From Glaucostegus cemiculus (Eukaryota): DNA of 64,000 nucleotides. The stretch spans positions 38,068,001 through 38,132,000 of the forward strand of contig CDPCPM010000054.1 of assembly GCA_976551045.1 (NCBI GenBank), written 5' to 3'. The translations under genes and the position numbers were made by a program. Positions 11,404-23,921 of the stretch are shown piece by piece (position 1 is the first letter of the stretch; each line of letters opens with the position of its first letter). The notes under the pieces were generated by a model. The model made no database searches, was not told the origin of the DNA, and worked only from the letters and a program-made list of their open reading frames with translations.

Positions 11404-13871
11404 AAATCTTGGTGAAAACAAAAACACAGATTATTCTGTGCAGCTTTGTTGCCATTAATTACCATTCCAAACTGCACCAAGTGTTAGTATTATAAAGAGG
11501 GAGGAAACCTTCTTCCTTTTTTGCTTTCTGTGATGGCAGATAAATCAGCTTGTCCTTCAGCCCTGGACTCTGTCCCCTTGTTGCTCACACAGTGATTTAA
11601 AACATGGATGACCAATTCATGGCAATGTAACATCTCCAACAGTGCAGAAAGTCTGGTGTTCAAATATTCACCAAAGCAGTTCCTGTGTGTGGCCGTGAGA
11701 GTCAATTGGATGGTTTAGAGGCACTTCCACTTCAGAGTGGGCGTATTCCACGAAATTTAAAAAAAACAAAAATTGCAATCCAGATTTCTGTGCCTTTCCC
11801 AAAGTGTTATATTTGTAAAGATTTGTCAAAAATCAGAATATTAGCTTCAGTTGATATCAGCTCATATTTCTAAGGGTGCATTTCTGCAACCACACTTGCC
11901 CCCACTCCATTTTATCCTGATTAGATGGATAGAGGTTAGCTGTCCTTTCCTCCCAGTGGCTGGGGAGAAAGACGCTCCATTGCACGAGCCAGCTCAGTAT
12001 AACTTTGTCCAGGAATTTTACCCTCACTTGCAGAGCAAAACCAATTTACACTTTGCAAGTTTTATACATTAAACAGTGCTGAGGAAATATTAGTTGCTGA
12101 ATTGAGATTGGCTTCACACCAAATGCCCCAGGGACATTTTACCTGAACCTATCACAACAGGGAACCAACAAGATTGGATCAGCCATGCGATTTAACTTTA
12201 CGATGGAGGAAAATGTTCAAGTGACCCCTGCAGCCAGTTTCTGGGAGGTCTGTTTTGGAAAGTAGCTACTCAAAATAAACCTCTCAATATATTTATCTTG
12301 CTGCTGATTCCACTCCAAAGCATTCACATCTTGTGGGATCTGGAGGCAACATTATAATTTTCCATTAAAGACAAAAACACTTTTCAAACAACTGATCCAT
12401 TTAGCCTAAGGTTTGGTTCCTCATTTGTAGTGCGAACAATTAAACTGAGATGATTTCATTGTGCCTCAGGTTCTTCTGTGCTCGTCCACACACATTAATC
12501 TCAGTCTTAACGCGCTTCTTCCCATGGAATGAGCAGGAGAAATTGGAGTGGATGTGGTGATGTGGATATTAAATAGTTAAGATGCTAAAAAGGATCTCAA
12601 TTTGATGTGTCTGTCACCATTTTTACACTGCCACCGGTTGTACTCTGCAATTGCGGCCTACTTTAAATTTAATTATTGCTGGTTGGTTTACCCTAGGTTT
12701 GAGAAGCCCAGCAGCCAAATCCAGGAGGTTTATGCTGGTTCCAACAGCTATGTGTTAGCTATAGCACATCTTGTGAAGCAAGAGAATCTGGAGTTCTGAT
12801 ATTACCCTTCAATGAAGATTTCAGCCTTCACAATTTACTTCTTTGTCCTTTGCATCAATTATACCCCCACTACCCCATCCCCACAATCCTTAAGCTCCAA
12901 GATGCCACCTGAGGTCGCTAATACCCACCCTCCACTAACCCCCAATTTGCAACTTCCAATCCTCACATCCCTCAGCTGCCAATTGCCTTTTGCAAGGATC
13001 TCAGATTGAGACCCCCTACAGTATCACTGATTTTCCACTTGATGGAAAGACATTCAATTTGGCCAGTTGCTGTAAGTGAACAGGAAGAAAGAATTTTAAT
13101 GAAATCCTACTTGAGAAAAATCACCAGGATGTTCTCATTCTCTGCCTTGCTAGGATTTTCCAAGACTTATCTGGAAACATGGTGTGAAGATATCCATGTT
13201 ACCGAGCAACAAGAAGACTTCAATCTAGTTTCTGAAATCACTTTACTCAGTCATTGTGGAAGACTTCACCACCTCTCCCACCACCTTACCCTTAACATTA
13301 TAATCTCATTTAAATGCATATAAATAATCTCAGCTGGAGAGACTGAGTATCCACAAAAACATATTTAAGTCCCATCAGATAAAATATTTATCTAATAAGC
13401 AGTCATGAATTGTTTTCTTTCCATTTTTATCATCACATCATTCATAGCTCATTTCATTGCAAATGCCATTGAAATATTCTTTAAATATTTATTCCAAGTT
13501 GGAGACTGTGGGATGATACAATTTTGATAATGCCATATATTTCATTTTCTTTCTTTATCCTTGCATGCAATACTACTTTTTACAACAAAACAATCCATGA
13601 TTCAAATCATTAAATAACCTAGTGATAAATATCAGGACAAGAACAAACTTAAAGGGCTCTTTGCAATTTTAGCAGGCAACTAGTTTTGCCTTACCTAAGT
13701 GAATGAGGGTAGGTTTGATTAAATCATTCACTATTTTGTCATTTTAAGTTATCCACTCAGATAGTTTGAGGTAGCTTTCAGTTGCACTCTCAGTCTACGT
13801 TCCCTATCTCCTTATTTATGTCACAGAGAGTAAACTGACCAAGATGTAATATTGAATTGAAGCTTAAATCC

Positions 13872-13985
13872 AGTTCTGATGAAGGGTTTTCAAACCTGAA
13901 ATGTTAGCTCTACTTCTCTTTCCAGAAAAGCTGCCTGATCTGCTGGGAGTTTGCAGAATTTCTTTGCTTTTATTTCAAATCCATC
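13872..13985 (+). mobile_element. Penelope-like remnant with hammerhead core
   Basis: CTGATGA (13876-13882)-agggttttcaaacct-GAAA, then gctgcctgatctgctg. Confidence 0.65.
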
Positions 13986-15689
13986 CCACTTTTGCTGGAC
14001 AGGTAAAATTAAAAATTGGGTCTTTGGATCTGGCACTGTGGGAAACAATTCAGCTCTCCATTTGTACAGAACTCAAGTGGCAGCCCAGTTTTTTTTCTAT
14101 TGGCCTTCTGGAGTTATAGTTGAAGGGGAAACATCTGATTCAGAATCGAAAGTGATCCAAAGAAGCTGCAGCTGACGGAACCAGGAGTTTGACTTAAATT
14201 CACCTTTTGTTAGTTTACAATTCTGGAAAATTAAACTTGAACTAAATTCTGCAATTAAAATAGAGCAATTTATTTTTAATATGGAGGAATAATGTTGGGG
14301 CGTTATTTCTCCTTCAGGTTTCTCCTAGTTCACACATCTTGATATCTATAAATCATCTTCACTTTATTGTTGCTAGTGATCCAAAAAAAATAAGAGCATA
14401 GTGATAACAACATCTCTAGCAGCACTTGTGCACCACAGTTTACAAGCATTTTATCAAGGCACCAAAGAATGGCAAGAACCACAAAATCATTGATAGCCAA
14501 GGAAAAAGTGTATTTAAGAAAAAGTGTCAGACAATTATTGGCAAACATTAAAATTGAATGATTAAAAAGAGGATCCTATATATTATTTCTTAGCTTTCCT
14601 CATGGCCATTCAGAAACATTTTTGTAAACAAGAAAGTGAAGCAACCACAAGTTGTTCTACAATAAATTACAAAATTAAAGATTTCCAGAAAAAAAATGGA
14701 ATAAAAATGTAAGAGAAAAATACTTATAATGTTGAACATTAAAATTGAATCATGACTAACATTCAGTAATTAAAGGGGAGACCAAAGCTGGAAAAACAAT
14801 GCTTCTGAAGACTGCAACTAAGGAAAAACAGACCTGAGACAAAAGCTGAAACATTTGCGGGGAAGAAAACCATGCTGCAGTCAACATTAATGAACATTAG
14901 AAAATTAGAACATTTGGGAGGTAAAATGAGCAAAGGAATGGCAGATGGATAAAGTTAATCTCATCTGAACCGGGAAACACAAAGCATATGGGTGTTAGAA
15001 ATGGATCATATTTGAGGTAAACAGGGATGAAATGTATGAGCAACTAATTTTTAGGCGGGAGTATTTACTGGGAGGAAGGATCGCCAGGAGACTCAGAAAA
15101 TTTCAGTGCTGATGTCGCTGATTTTGCAGTGCATAAAATGGCTTCTGTGCTTGCTTGCAAAATTTCATTTGAGAAACATCTCTGGATGTTTCTTATATAA
15201 ATTAAAGTTTATCTGTTTTTCTTTCCTGTAATATGAGATCTTAAGCATTGATCTAACTGAACAGAAGGACATTGTAATTCAAGGTCTGTAGTTTGTTAAG
15301 GTGGTGAAAGAAATATCAACCATGATTGCCACACAAGAGGATATTTTTCATGTGTTATTTAACCGCAATCAAAAGATAGCTCAATCTGACCTTGTGCATG
15401 TCACCAAGGAATAAAGTTCAAAATATTGTTTGTAGTTTTTGAAATTGTATTTTCAACACAATATCAATACAAGGAAGAATTAAGGAGATAAATCAAGGCT
15501 TTCAAATCCTGAAGAATCCTGAAAGGTTTTTATCAATTCATTATATTGAAAATGCTCGCAAGTTAAACTTCTTTGCGCTCAAGGGAACTTAACTAACAAC
15601 ATGAAGAAAAATCAGTCGGGGTCAAAAATTAAAGTGAGATGGGGAAATGTGGGTTAACTCTTGGACCAGAGAGATTTCAGTAATTGAGT

Positions 15690-16060
15690 CTCCATATATA
15701 TGTGTTGGCACTTCTTTACTCCCTGATTTACATAAATGACTTGGATCCAAGTCCAAGAGGGATAATTACAGAATTTGCCAATTATATCAAACTGGGGATC
15801 ATAAATAATGCGGAAGAATGCAGGAAAAACAGGTAGAATAGTGAAGTTGATGGATGGATGTTAACAGCAGAAATACTGTAAAATCCTGAATATATTGCAG
15901 GAATTCACTTTTATCTGGGACGCAGGTGCAAATACTATGCTCAGGCCACTGTATTTTGTATTTAGGCTTAGAATATGATATTTTTCATTTCTCAGAACAG
16001 AAAAAGTTAAAAGGTACCTAAATGGGGTTTATAAAATTATTAAAAAGATTCTGACAACAT
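15690..16060 (+). mobile_element. Highly decayed CR1 fragment
   Basis: tttacataaatgacttggat...aatttgccaattatatcaaactgggg resembles IYINDLD...KFADDTKLG. Confidence 0.55.
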
Positions 16061-16862
16061 CTGGGCCAACATTCATCTCTCTCAATCAAAACAAGAAAGA
16101 TTGGACAAGAAATTCCATCAAGTAGCAGAGATAAGTTTTGCATGACACATTAGAATTTTATCATAAAATCATTTATCAGATGCTATTCAGTTCTCACTGT
16201 CTCAGTTCAAGAAATTGCTTTCAGGTACAGTGTGCAGGTGATACCTCAGCCCACAAAGGTGTCCAGACATGCCCAATGACATTCATTGGCACATTTGGAT
16301 GCCACTCCCAAGGAAATTCCTTTAAACAAGCTTGGCCTGCAGATGGTTCAGGGACAGTTATGTAAAGCGAACCTTCAGGATGAAGGTGAGGCTTATCCCT
16401 ACCACATTAAAGGGCAACTGACCACAAGGACCCAGCATGTGGAACTGCTGCAGAAGGGTATACTTTAAAGTTATCAATGTTGCCTTTATGAAAGATCACC
16501 GTCAGGTTCTCCACTTGAGTTGTTCACAACCCTGAACATTGCACCCTCTACCACAACTACCTTAACCCTGATGAAACTAATTATAATCCTCAGAACCAAC
16601 ATGAGCAGTGTTCACCAACCCCCCCCCTCCCCAAAGAGTTGTTAGCTGACCTGCAAGGCCCTGGCTGCATTTCACCCCCTTCACAAGCGGCATCCCTAGC
16701 CTCCCCTTCCCTTAGTCTCTCTCCACTGCAATAACACTATGACTCATGTTCTGAGTTCCTCTCCTTGCCCCATAGTCCTTGTTCATGCACTTTTACACAC
16801 ATCGTGGCCTTTGTTCATTATGGAATTCCTAATTGGCAGGCCTTCAAATGAACTCTGCATTC

Positions 16863-17135
16863 AGATGAGATGAGATGAGATAAGAGACATCTTTGTAAGA
16901 GGTATCTTTCTGGGGGTAGCCCACAAGTGTCGCCACGTTTCCAGCGTTAACATAGCATGCCCATAACTTCCTAAATTGTACGTCTTTGGAATGTGGGAGG
17001 AAACCAGAGCACCCAGAGGAAACCCACACAGACATGGGGAGAAGGTACAAACTCCTTACAGACAGCGGCCGGAATTGAAACTGGGTTGCTGCCGCTGTAA
17101 CAGCATTACGCTAACCGCTACACTACTGTGCCTGC
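16863..17135 (-). mobile_element. tRNA-derived V-SINE, Rex-like-tail subfamily (A)
   Basis: Minus strand: A-box-like tagcggttagc, V-domain gggtttcctctgggtgctctggtttcctcccacattccaaagacgt, (catct)n tail. Confidence 0.9.
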
Positions 17136-17189
17136 AAGTTTGCAACACATCCATTTAATGTACCTGTCCAGTATAGAGGAATTGGTAGC

Positions 17190-17352
17190 CCTTATTTAGT
17201 TACTGTCACAATATTGTTTCTGGGAACTTGCAGTTCCAAATTTAGCTGCCACATTCTCACATTACAGCAGCATCTGGAGTTCAAAAGCACCTCATGGCTG
17301 TAAGCAGTCTGAGTGTGAAAGAAAATGTACCAAAGCACGTTTGCCTTATTTC
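17190..17352 (+). mobile_element. DeuSINE-like 3' remnant
   Basis: gggaacttgc...aaatttagctgcc...acattacagcag...ttcaaaagcacctcatggctgtaagc. Confidence 0.55.
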
Positions 17353-18142
17353 CCCCACAGTTCAACTTTCCCTTGGCACATCTTAACTAACAGAGTATTC
17401 TCACTCAGTCAAGGATAACACTTAATTGCAAAAAAAAACATTTACAAGGTCAGTTTTTCTTGCTGCACTTTGGTTGCTGGAGGAGAGGGGAATGTTTCCG
17501 ACCAATTGTGGAAGATTAACAAAGCTTGGTCAAGTACAAATTATCAAACAAATTATACATGTTCTGTGAAAATAATGGACCCGATGGGCTCAAGGACTTT
17601 AAATTTATGCTTTTTATGTCTGTAATACTGCAATGGTAATAATATAAGAAAATAAAAATGGTTAAACTCAATAACAATTAAGGAACAAAACATTAACATC
17701 GGCCTGGCTTAGTATCTCCATGCCAAAAATAATTGGCCATATAAAATAGGTGATAATGGAAGAAAATTATAAAGGAAGAGGGTGAAACATTTAGGGTCAG
17801 AGAAACATTAATAAAAACAAAGTGGCAAAGGGAAAGAATACAAATGGGAATAACACACCACTATTTAGTGTAACAATGACCATACTGACTGGGAGTAAAC
17901 TTTCAGGTAAAGTCCAGGCACACAGGCGTATGAACATCTGGGAGTTGTGGCTGAATTGAGCCACTCTGTTGTTAGTTTATCAAAATTGTGCTATTGCCTT
18001 AGCTTTCTTGTTATTTTTAGGAACTTACTGTGATTTCTTGTATATGTGCCAATTCCACTCTGCAGTGTTCCCCTCCACACTCATTGCCTATTAAACTCAC
18101 CAAACAGTGACACCAACCATTACGCCCATTTTTCATTAAGTT

Positions 18143-18495
18143 TATTTCCAAGATTTAGATGTCGCAATCAAGATCAACATTTCATGCTCATCTCTCAATG
18201 ACTCCTGAACTGAGTGGCTCTTTGGGGCAATTCGGAGAGCAGTTAAGAGTCATGCACGCTGCTGAGGGTCTGGAGTCACAAGTTGGCCAGATCCAATGAG
18301 GGAAGTAAATTTCCATCTCTACTGGGCAATTCTGAATCAGATGGCTTTTAATAATATTCTGGCAGCTTCATGGCCACTACTACTGATGCTAACTTTTAAT
18401 TCTAGATTTGTCTAATTAATTGAATTTATATTCTTCAGCTGCCATGATGGGATTTGACCTCAGATTTGCCATTCTAGTAACATAATCACTATGCT
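18143..18495 (-). mobile_element. tRNA-type SINE (second family, possibly Meta-domain type)
   Basis: Minus strand tcaaatcccatcatggcagctg...tgtgactccagacc...gactcttaactgc; homologous to the copies at 38505, 39590 and 59930. Confidence 0.7.
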
Positions 18496-18657
18496 CCCTT
18501 CCCTTCTTTTCAAAGCGATAAGTGTTAATTACTGCCAATCAACCTCTTTCGCACTGAAAATTAACTGCCGGCTGTGTGGAGTCTCATTCCTTCAGGTTAT
18601 GAATATTTTGGGGAGGTTTTAAAGAAGTTAAATCATTAATGATATGCTTTCCTTTTT

Positions 18658-18815
18658 TAGATTCATAGAGCTATACAGCATGGAAACAGGCCCTTTGGCC
18701 CAACTCACCCATACTGACCAAGGTGCCCACATAAGCTCGTCTCATTTGCTTGCATTTGGCCCATATCCCTCTAAACCTTTCCTATTCAATGCATTGATCC
18801 AGAAATCTTTTAAAA
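18658..18815 (-). mobile_element. CR1 3' tip
   Basis: tacagcatggaaacaggccctttggcccaactc. Confidence 0.8.
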
Positions 18816-19125
18816 TGTTTTTAACATTTTCTGTCCATCTATGTCATTCTTTGAGTCCAGCTTTCTCTTCTTATTTCTTGCATTTCTTCGTATTTGGTTT
18901 AACATTAATTTTTCCTTTCTGTCAATATTTCTCACCCTTTAGCTTACTTATATGCCCTGCTCAGTAAGGTCCCTGTACACTTGCCAAACCTTCAAGACTG
19001 TTCATATGTCTCCCAGAATTAAGTACAATCTCCCAGCAATAACTGACAGCAAACCAATCCCTCTGTCAGTAAGCAGGGGACAGTGCACGATCAGGCCATG
19101 GATTGAAGAGGACATGTACTTGAGC

Positions 19126-19345
19126 GAAGAACAAACTGCTGGAGGAACTCAGTGGGTCAGGCAGCATCTGCAGAGGCAGAGGGATGGTCAAAATTTCGGG
19201 TCAAGACCTTGCATCAGGACCTTCCTGGTCTTGACCTGAAACATTGACTATCCCTCTGACTTCACAAGTGCTGCCTCACTCACTGAGTTCCTCCGGCAGT
19301 TTGTTTTTTGGCTCTAAATTGTCGCATCTGCAGTCTCTTGTGCTG
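19126..19345. mobile_element. Penelope-like remnant, inverted palindrome
   Basis: ctgctggaggaactcagtgggtcaggcagcatctg...tttcgggtcaagacc / ggtcttgacctgaaac...gagttcctccggcag. Confidence 0.8.
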
Positions 19346-19504
19346 AGATATGCTTGGGGTTTGGGTCTACAATGAGATTGGTCCTTCCCATCTGACACAT
19401 GCGCCAATGTAGCAGTAGGAGCTACTGTCTCTGCTCCATTGGACTGCAGCTGAGGTGAAGCAGGGTAGATGCCTCAATAGATATTCACAGGTGCTCACAG
19501 AACT

Positions 19505-19675
19505 TTTATTCAAGACAGAGATGGATAGAGTTTTAGATATTAAGGGAACTAATGGATATGGGTTTACTGATGGAAGTGGTGCTTAGGTAAAGGGCCAGTT
19601 CACAATCTTACTGAATGGTGAAGCAGGCTCGAGCAGCTGAACTACACACATTTGCTTCTTTTTTCATATATTCTT
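19505..19675 (+). mobile_element. CR1 3' tip
   Basis: ttcaagacagagatggatag...atcttactgaatggtgaagcaggctcgag. Confidence 0.7.
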
Positions 19676-20449
19676 AAGTGAAGCCGAAACCTAATTCAAA
19701 TCGCAGGCTGGTTAGAATCTCTCTTTGACTTAGCCTGGGCTGCAAGGTTATCAGTCAATAATGAAGTGCAGAAGCAGTTTGTCATGTGGTGAAATCTTCC
19801 AGAATGGATAGCCCCGGGTCCAGATAGCCTGTATCTCTCCCTTCATAGTTATCAGCTGATGCCTATAGTAACTTGGTGTGCAAAGGTTTTTGGGGCTGAA
19901 GGGTTCAGGAAATTTTAACATCACTAATGGCAATCTCCATGAAATGACCAGTTGCATCAAATACTGGCCCTAACACTAACACCAGTTTATGGAGACATCT
20001 GAATGACAAGAATCTGACTGGCTAACAATTTGTCATAAAACCAAGGTTCCTTGCAGTTATACAAGTGAAAGATGAATAGCGCATCAGTGAAATTATTTTC
20101 AGTTCTTCTCTTTACTAACCCAATATCAATCAAATACGTCTACAAACACAGAGGCCTTGGACTTTGCTGCTACAACAATTTATCCTGATCCATTTCTCCC
20201 ACTTTCACAAATTACTGTTTCAAAAATATCTTCTCAGAAAATTGTTTTCACCTTCCAAAGTCCAGTGGCTGTTCTCTCTGCGTTTATAGAAAAGTTTTGC
20301 TTTCCTGGTCTTTCAAACCTTGACTCTGCTGACTTTGCCTGCCTAAGTTAGTTGACAAAAGGCCAGGCACACATCATGTCAACCGTGAAACTGGTTGGCA
20401 ACTTGGCACTGACCCACACTGATTCCTTCTTCCAACATACAGAACCAGC

Positions 20450-20900
20450 AACAATGTGAATTTATACAGTGTTTTCAGCAAAGTAAGATTATTGCAGACA
20501 CCCTTTAGGAGTAGTTAAAAACAACATTTCACATCAAGCCACAAGTGGAGATGTAAGGACACATGAAAAAAAAATCCTTGTTAAACAGGTCGGTTTTAAG
20601 GGGTGTTTCAGTCGAGAAAAGGAAGGTGGGAAGGCAGAGAAACTTAGAGAGGAATTCCACACATAAAGTTACATTTAGAGAAATAGAAATATGTCTGGAA
20701 CGTGTAGGGCTGGAGGAGGTACAGTGATGGGTAGGGGCAGAACCTTGAAGGTCTTTAAAAGGAAGGATGACCTTATTAAAATCAAGATATTGCTTAACTG
20801 GGAGCCGAAGTTGTTGGATGGATGGCACAATATGAGTCAGGACACAAGACAGTAGGTTTTGGGATAAGCTCATGTTTATGGAGTTGGAAAGTGAGAATGA
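20450..20900 (-). mobile_element. L2-clade LINE 3' remnant
   Basis: ORF 20529..21005 LRLPVKQYLDFNKVILPFKDLQGSAP resembles L2 LHWLPVxxRIxFKxLLLxFKxLHGLAP. Confidence 0.7.
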
Positions 20901-21510
20901 TAAGGACTGCAAAGGATTGTCAATGCTAAATATAAGAACCATATTAAAATTGAAATGAACTATTCTACAATCCCTCATGATTTTATTCCTTCCCCTTCGT
21001 TTCATCCTAAACCCTGTCTCTCACAGCGTTGATTCCATTCCTGCCTCTGCACCAATAACCCGAAGCGCAGCTTTTTCTGGATTGCCGGCTATTTTCAGAG
21101 CTGCATACTGGAAAATGTGCTTCTAATTGTCCATTGGAGAATAAAATTCATGTTAAACCAGATCTGTATCTTTCCACTCCATAACTCTGTTACATGCCAC
21201 TCCAACTGAACTTAATGCTATCAGCATTCGTAATTTGTGTAACTTAATTAACCCCATTTTCAAATTATGTTTTCCTTATATTCATACATTTATTCAATCA
21301 TTTATTAACACAAAGTACTATGTTTTGCTATATGATCAACATGTAATGTTATCAGCATGTGGTTGGTATATGACCTTTTACTAAGTTTGCCATCATATTC
21401 CATTCCCAAATAAATGTTAAGAAAAAGGAAACATCTCTGAAGAAAAAATATTTTGTACACATTTACAGCTGCCAAATGATATAATAAATACATGGTTGAA
21501 CTAAGGGTGG

Positions 21511-22025
21511 TGAGGAAGTAAAGGGTTAAAAACTGTAACCATACCTACAGCTGATAGAAAAAATACCTTGCAAGCAAGAGCATGCAAGCTGCTGACTCAG
21601 TGGCTAAGGTGGTAATTACTTTGTCCGGAACTTTGGTTTCAGTCCTGTTATGCTAGACTATAGGAGTACTGGTGCAATAAACAACGAGGGGGAAGCTTGT
21701 CCTAAACAATGATGGGCGATACCTGTCTTTGAATTTCTTGATTATAACTCAATTAAGCTGGACAATAGGTGTGATGTCTGTCTCGGGATCTCTGTGGCTT
21801 GACGGAAACTCGCGGCACCGCATGTATTAAGTGTGCGTGACGATATCTGTATAAATTTCTGTCTGCTCCCTTGAACGAAGAGACCTCGGAAAGCGACCCT
21901 TAATGAGGGCTGAAGAGACCTCTCCTTAGCAGTGCACTGCTAATAAACGAGTTTTATCGAATCGACCTCGTGGCACTGTGTTACTTTATAGCGGACAGAA
22001 GTGAGAACTTAATTTCAAGACGACA
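21511..22025 (+). mobile_element. Solo LTR (ERV-like), 515 bp, 4-bp TSD GTGG
   Basis: TG...CA ends; GTGG at 21507-21510 and 22026-22029; TATAAA 21850-21855; AATAAA 21942-21947; about 19 CpGs; the flanks rejoin into a SINE head. Confidence 0.85.
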
Positions 22026-22061
22026 GTGGTACAATGGCACTGCTGGTAGAGATGTAACTTT

Positions 22062-22317
22062 TATAAATTTTTAAAGTTTTTATTTACAGCGTGGTAACAG
22101 GCCCTTTCAGCCCAATGAGTCCACACCGCTCATTTCAAACCCCCAAATTAACCTACCCATACGTCTTTAGAATGTGGGAGAAAACCGGAGCACCCGGAGG
22201 AAACCCATGCAGACACGGGAGAATGTACTTCACTCCTTACAGTCAGCAACGGGAATCGAACCCCGATCGCTGGCGCTGTAACAGCGTCGTGCTAACCGCT
22301 ACGCTATCGTGCTGCCC
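22062..22317 (-). mobile_element. V-SINE, short CR1-like-tail subfamily (B), TSD AACTTT
   Basis: aacttt at 22056-22061 and 22318-22323; tRNA head gggcagcacgatagcgtagcggttagc and ggggttcgattccc; CpGs retained. Confidence 0.92.
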
Positions 22318-23566
22318 AACTTTGCAGCGCCAGAGACTCAAGTTCAGGCCTGACCTGCTTTAGATGGGTTCAGACAGGTGCTGTCTGCATGGCGTTTGCA
22401 CGTTTTCCCTGTGACTATGTGAGTTTTCTCTGGGTGCTCCAGTTTCCTCCCACATCCCAAAGATGTGTGGATTCATAGGTTAAATGGCTACTGTAAATTG
22501 CCCCAAGTGTACTTGTGAGTGGTAAAATCTGGGTGGCGTTGATAGGAATGTGTGAAGAACAAAAAAATGGGATTAACATAAGATTAGTGTAAATGGGTGG
22601 TTGATCTTTAAAGGTCCTTTTACAGTTCTGTATCATGCTCCACCATAATAAAATGAAGTGCTCAAAGAAATAAAAGTTAAAGTTCCGAAATTGGAGTCTT
22701 GCAAAAATCGGCAATGAGAATTACTCCTCATTGGAAACCACTTCAATACTTATTGGAGGAACAAAGTCTTTAAATTCAAGGTAGCTACAAGGTATTGCAT
22801 AAAGATTGTGATCCAAAATTTACCTTTCAGACAATAGTAGCTCCCTTCAGTGTTGACTTCCAGGGACTTGATCTGTGAATCGGTTAGGTTAATCTTATTG
22901 ACTAAATGTGGCTAGCACTGGATGGCAAACCACAGAAGAAGCACGGACAGGCTTGGTAATGTATTGTTGTTGAATATAGTTTCATTATGATACCATTCCG
23001 GTGGCAATATGTTCAAAAGGCAGATTAATCTCTTGAATTAGACGCTGTATCCACTGTGTATACCAGTTTGTCTCTTGCATTATCCTGCTAATAATTGTTC
23101 AATTTTCAGTTCCAGCTCGACACTTTTTTTTAGTGCTTTTAAGTAGCAACTTCAGTTCTTTAAATGACAAGGGTAATAATTGGAACCATGTTCCTCATCA
23201 GGATGTAATGTTAAAATAGAATCATTTAATTTATTCCACCATTAGTTCAATGTCCTTCAGTTTGACAAACACCAAAGTGGCTGAATTGGAAGTGAACTTC
23301 TTTAAGTTCAACAGTCAGAGGTACAGACATGGATTCAAACGTAATGTGATCACAGCTGGCAATTTTGGAATGCTTCACAAACCTGGGGCTAAGATTCCTG
23401 CCCATCTAAATTTATGATATAAAAGGGCAAAAAACTGCAAGACAGTTTTATTTGCATAAAAAAGGCTAAGCATTTAAAATTCTTTTGGCACGTGTTTCTA
23501 TTAAAATGGCTGGAGAGAGATAGGAAACATGAGGATAGGAAAATGGCTGACAGGGAACTTTCCTTT

Positions 23567-23862
23567 CCTATCAGGTTCCATCATCTGCAGCCCTCTGCTG
23601 CCTCCACCTATCACCTCCCAGCCTCTGTCGCTATTTCCACCCTTCCCTCCTCCATTTTCCTATCACCCCTCCTCACCTGTAACTACTTATCACTTGCCAG
23701 TTCTGGATCTACCGCTTCCCTTCACCATCTTATACTAGCTACCTCCCTGTCTCTCAGCCCAGATGAGGAGTCTTGACTTGAAACATCGATTGTCTATTTT
23801 CCTCCGCAGATGCTGCCTGACCCACTGGGTTCCTCAGCAGTTTGTCTTTTGTTCCAAATTCC
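23567..23862 (+). mobile_element. Penelope-like 3' remnant with degenerate hammerhead core
   Basis: Pyrimidine-rich segment, then cagatgaggagtcttgacttgaaacatcga...gatgctgcctgacccactgggttcctc. Confidence 0.7.
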
Positions 23863-23921
23863 AATTCCAATACCAATTCCATTGCCATTGATGAGTCCTC
23901 CACCATCAACATCCATGGATA

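Larger units (their letters stand above)
21505..22610 (+). mobile_element. Older HE1-type V-SINE (subfamily C) interrupted by a solo LTR and a younger SINE
   Basis: Removing both inserts rejoins gggtggtacaatggcactgctggtagag...cagcgccagagactcaagttc with the V-domain at 22420-22470. Confidence 0.75.

Noticed and set aside
22824-22911. Minus-strand peptide IKSLEVNTEGSYYCLK resembling an Ig or EGF motif, with a donor site
   Set aside because: It lacks the Ig Asp and the EGF cysteines, the best acceptor (CAG) gives stops in all frames, and no partner exons were seen.
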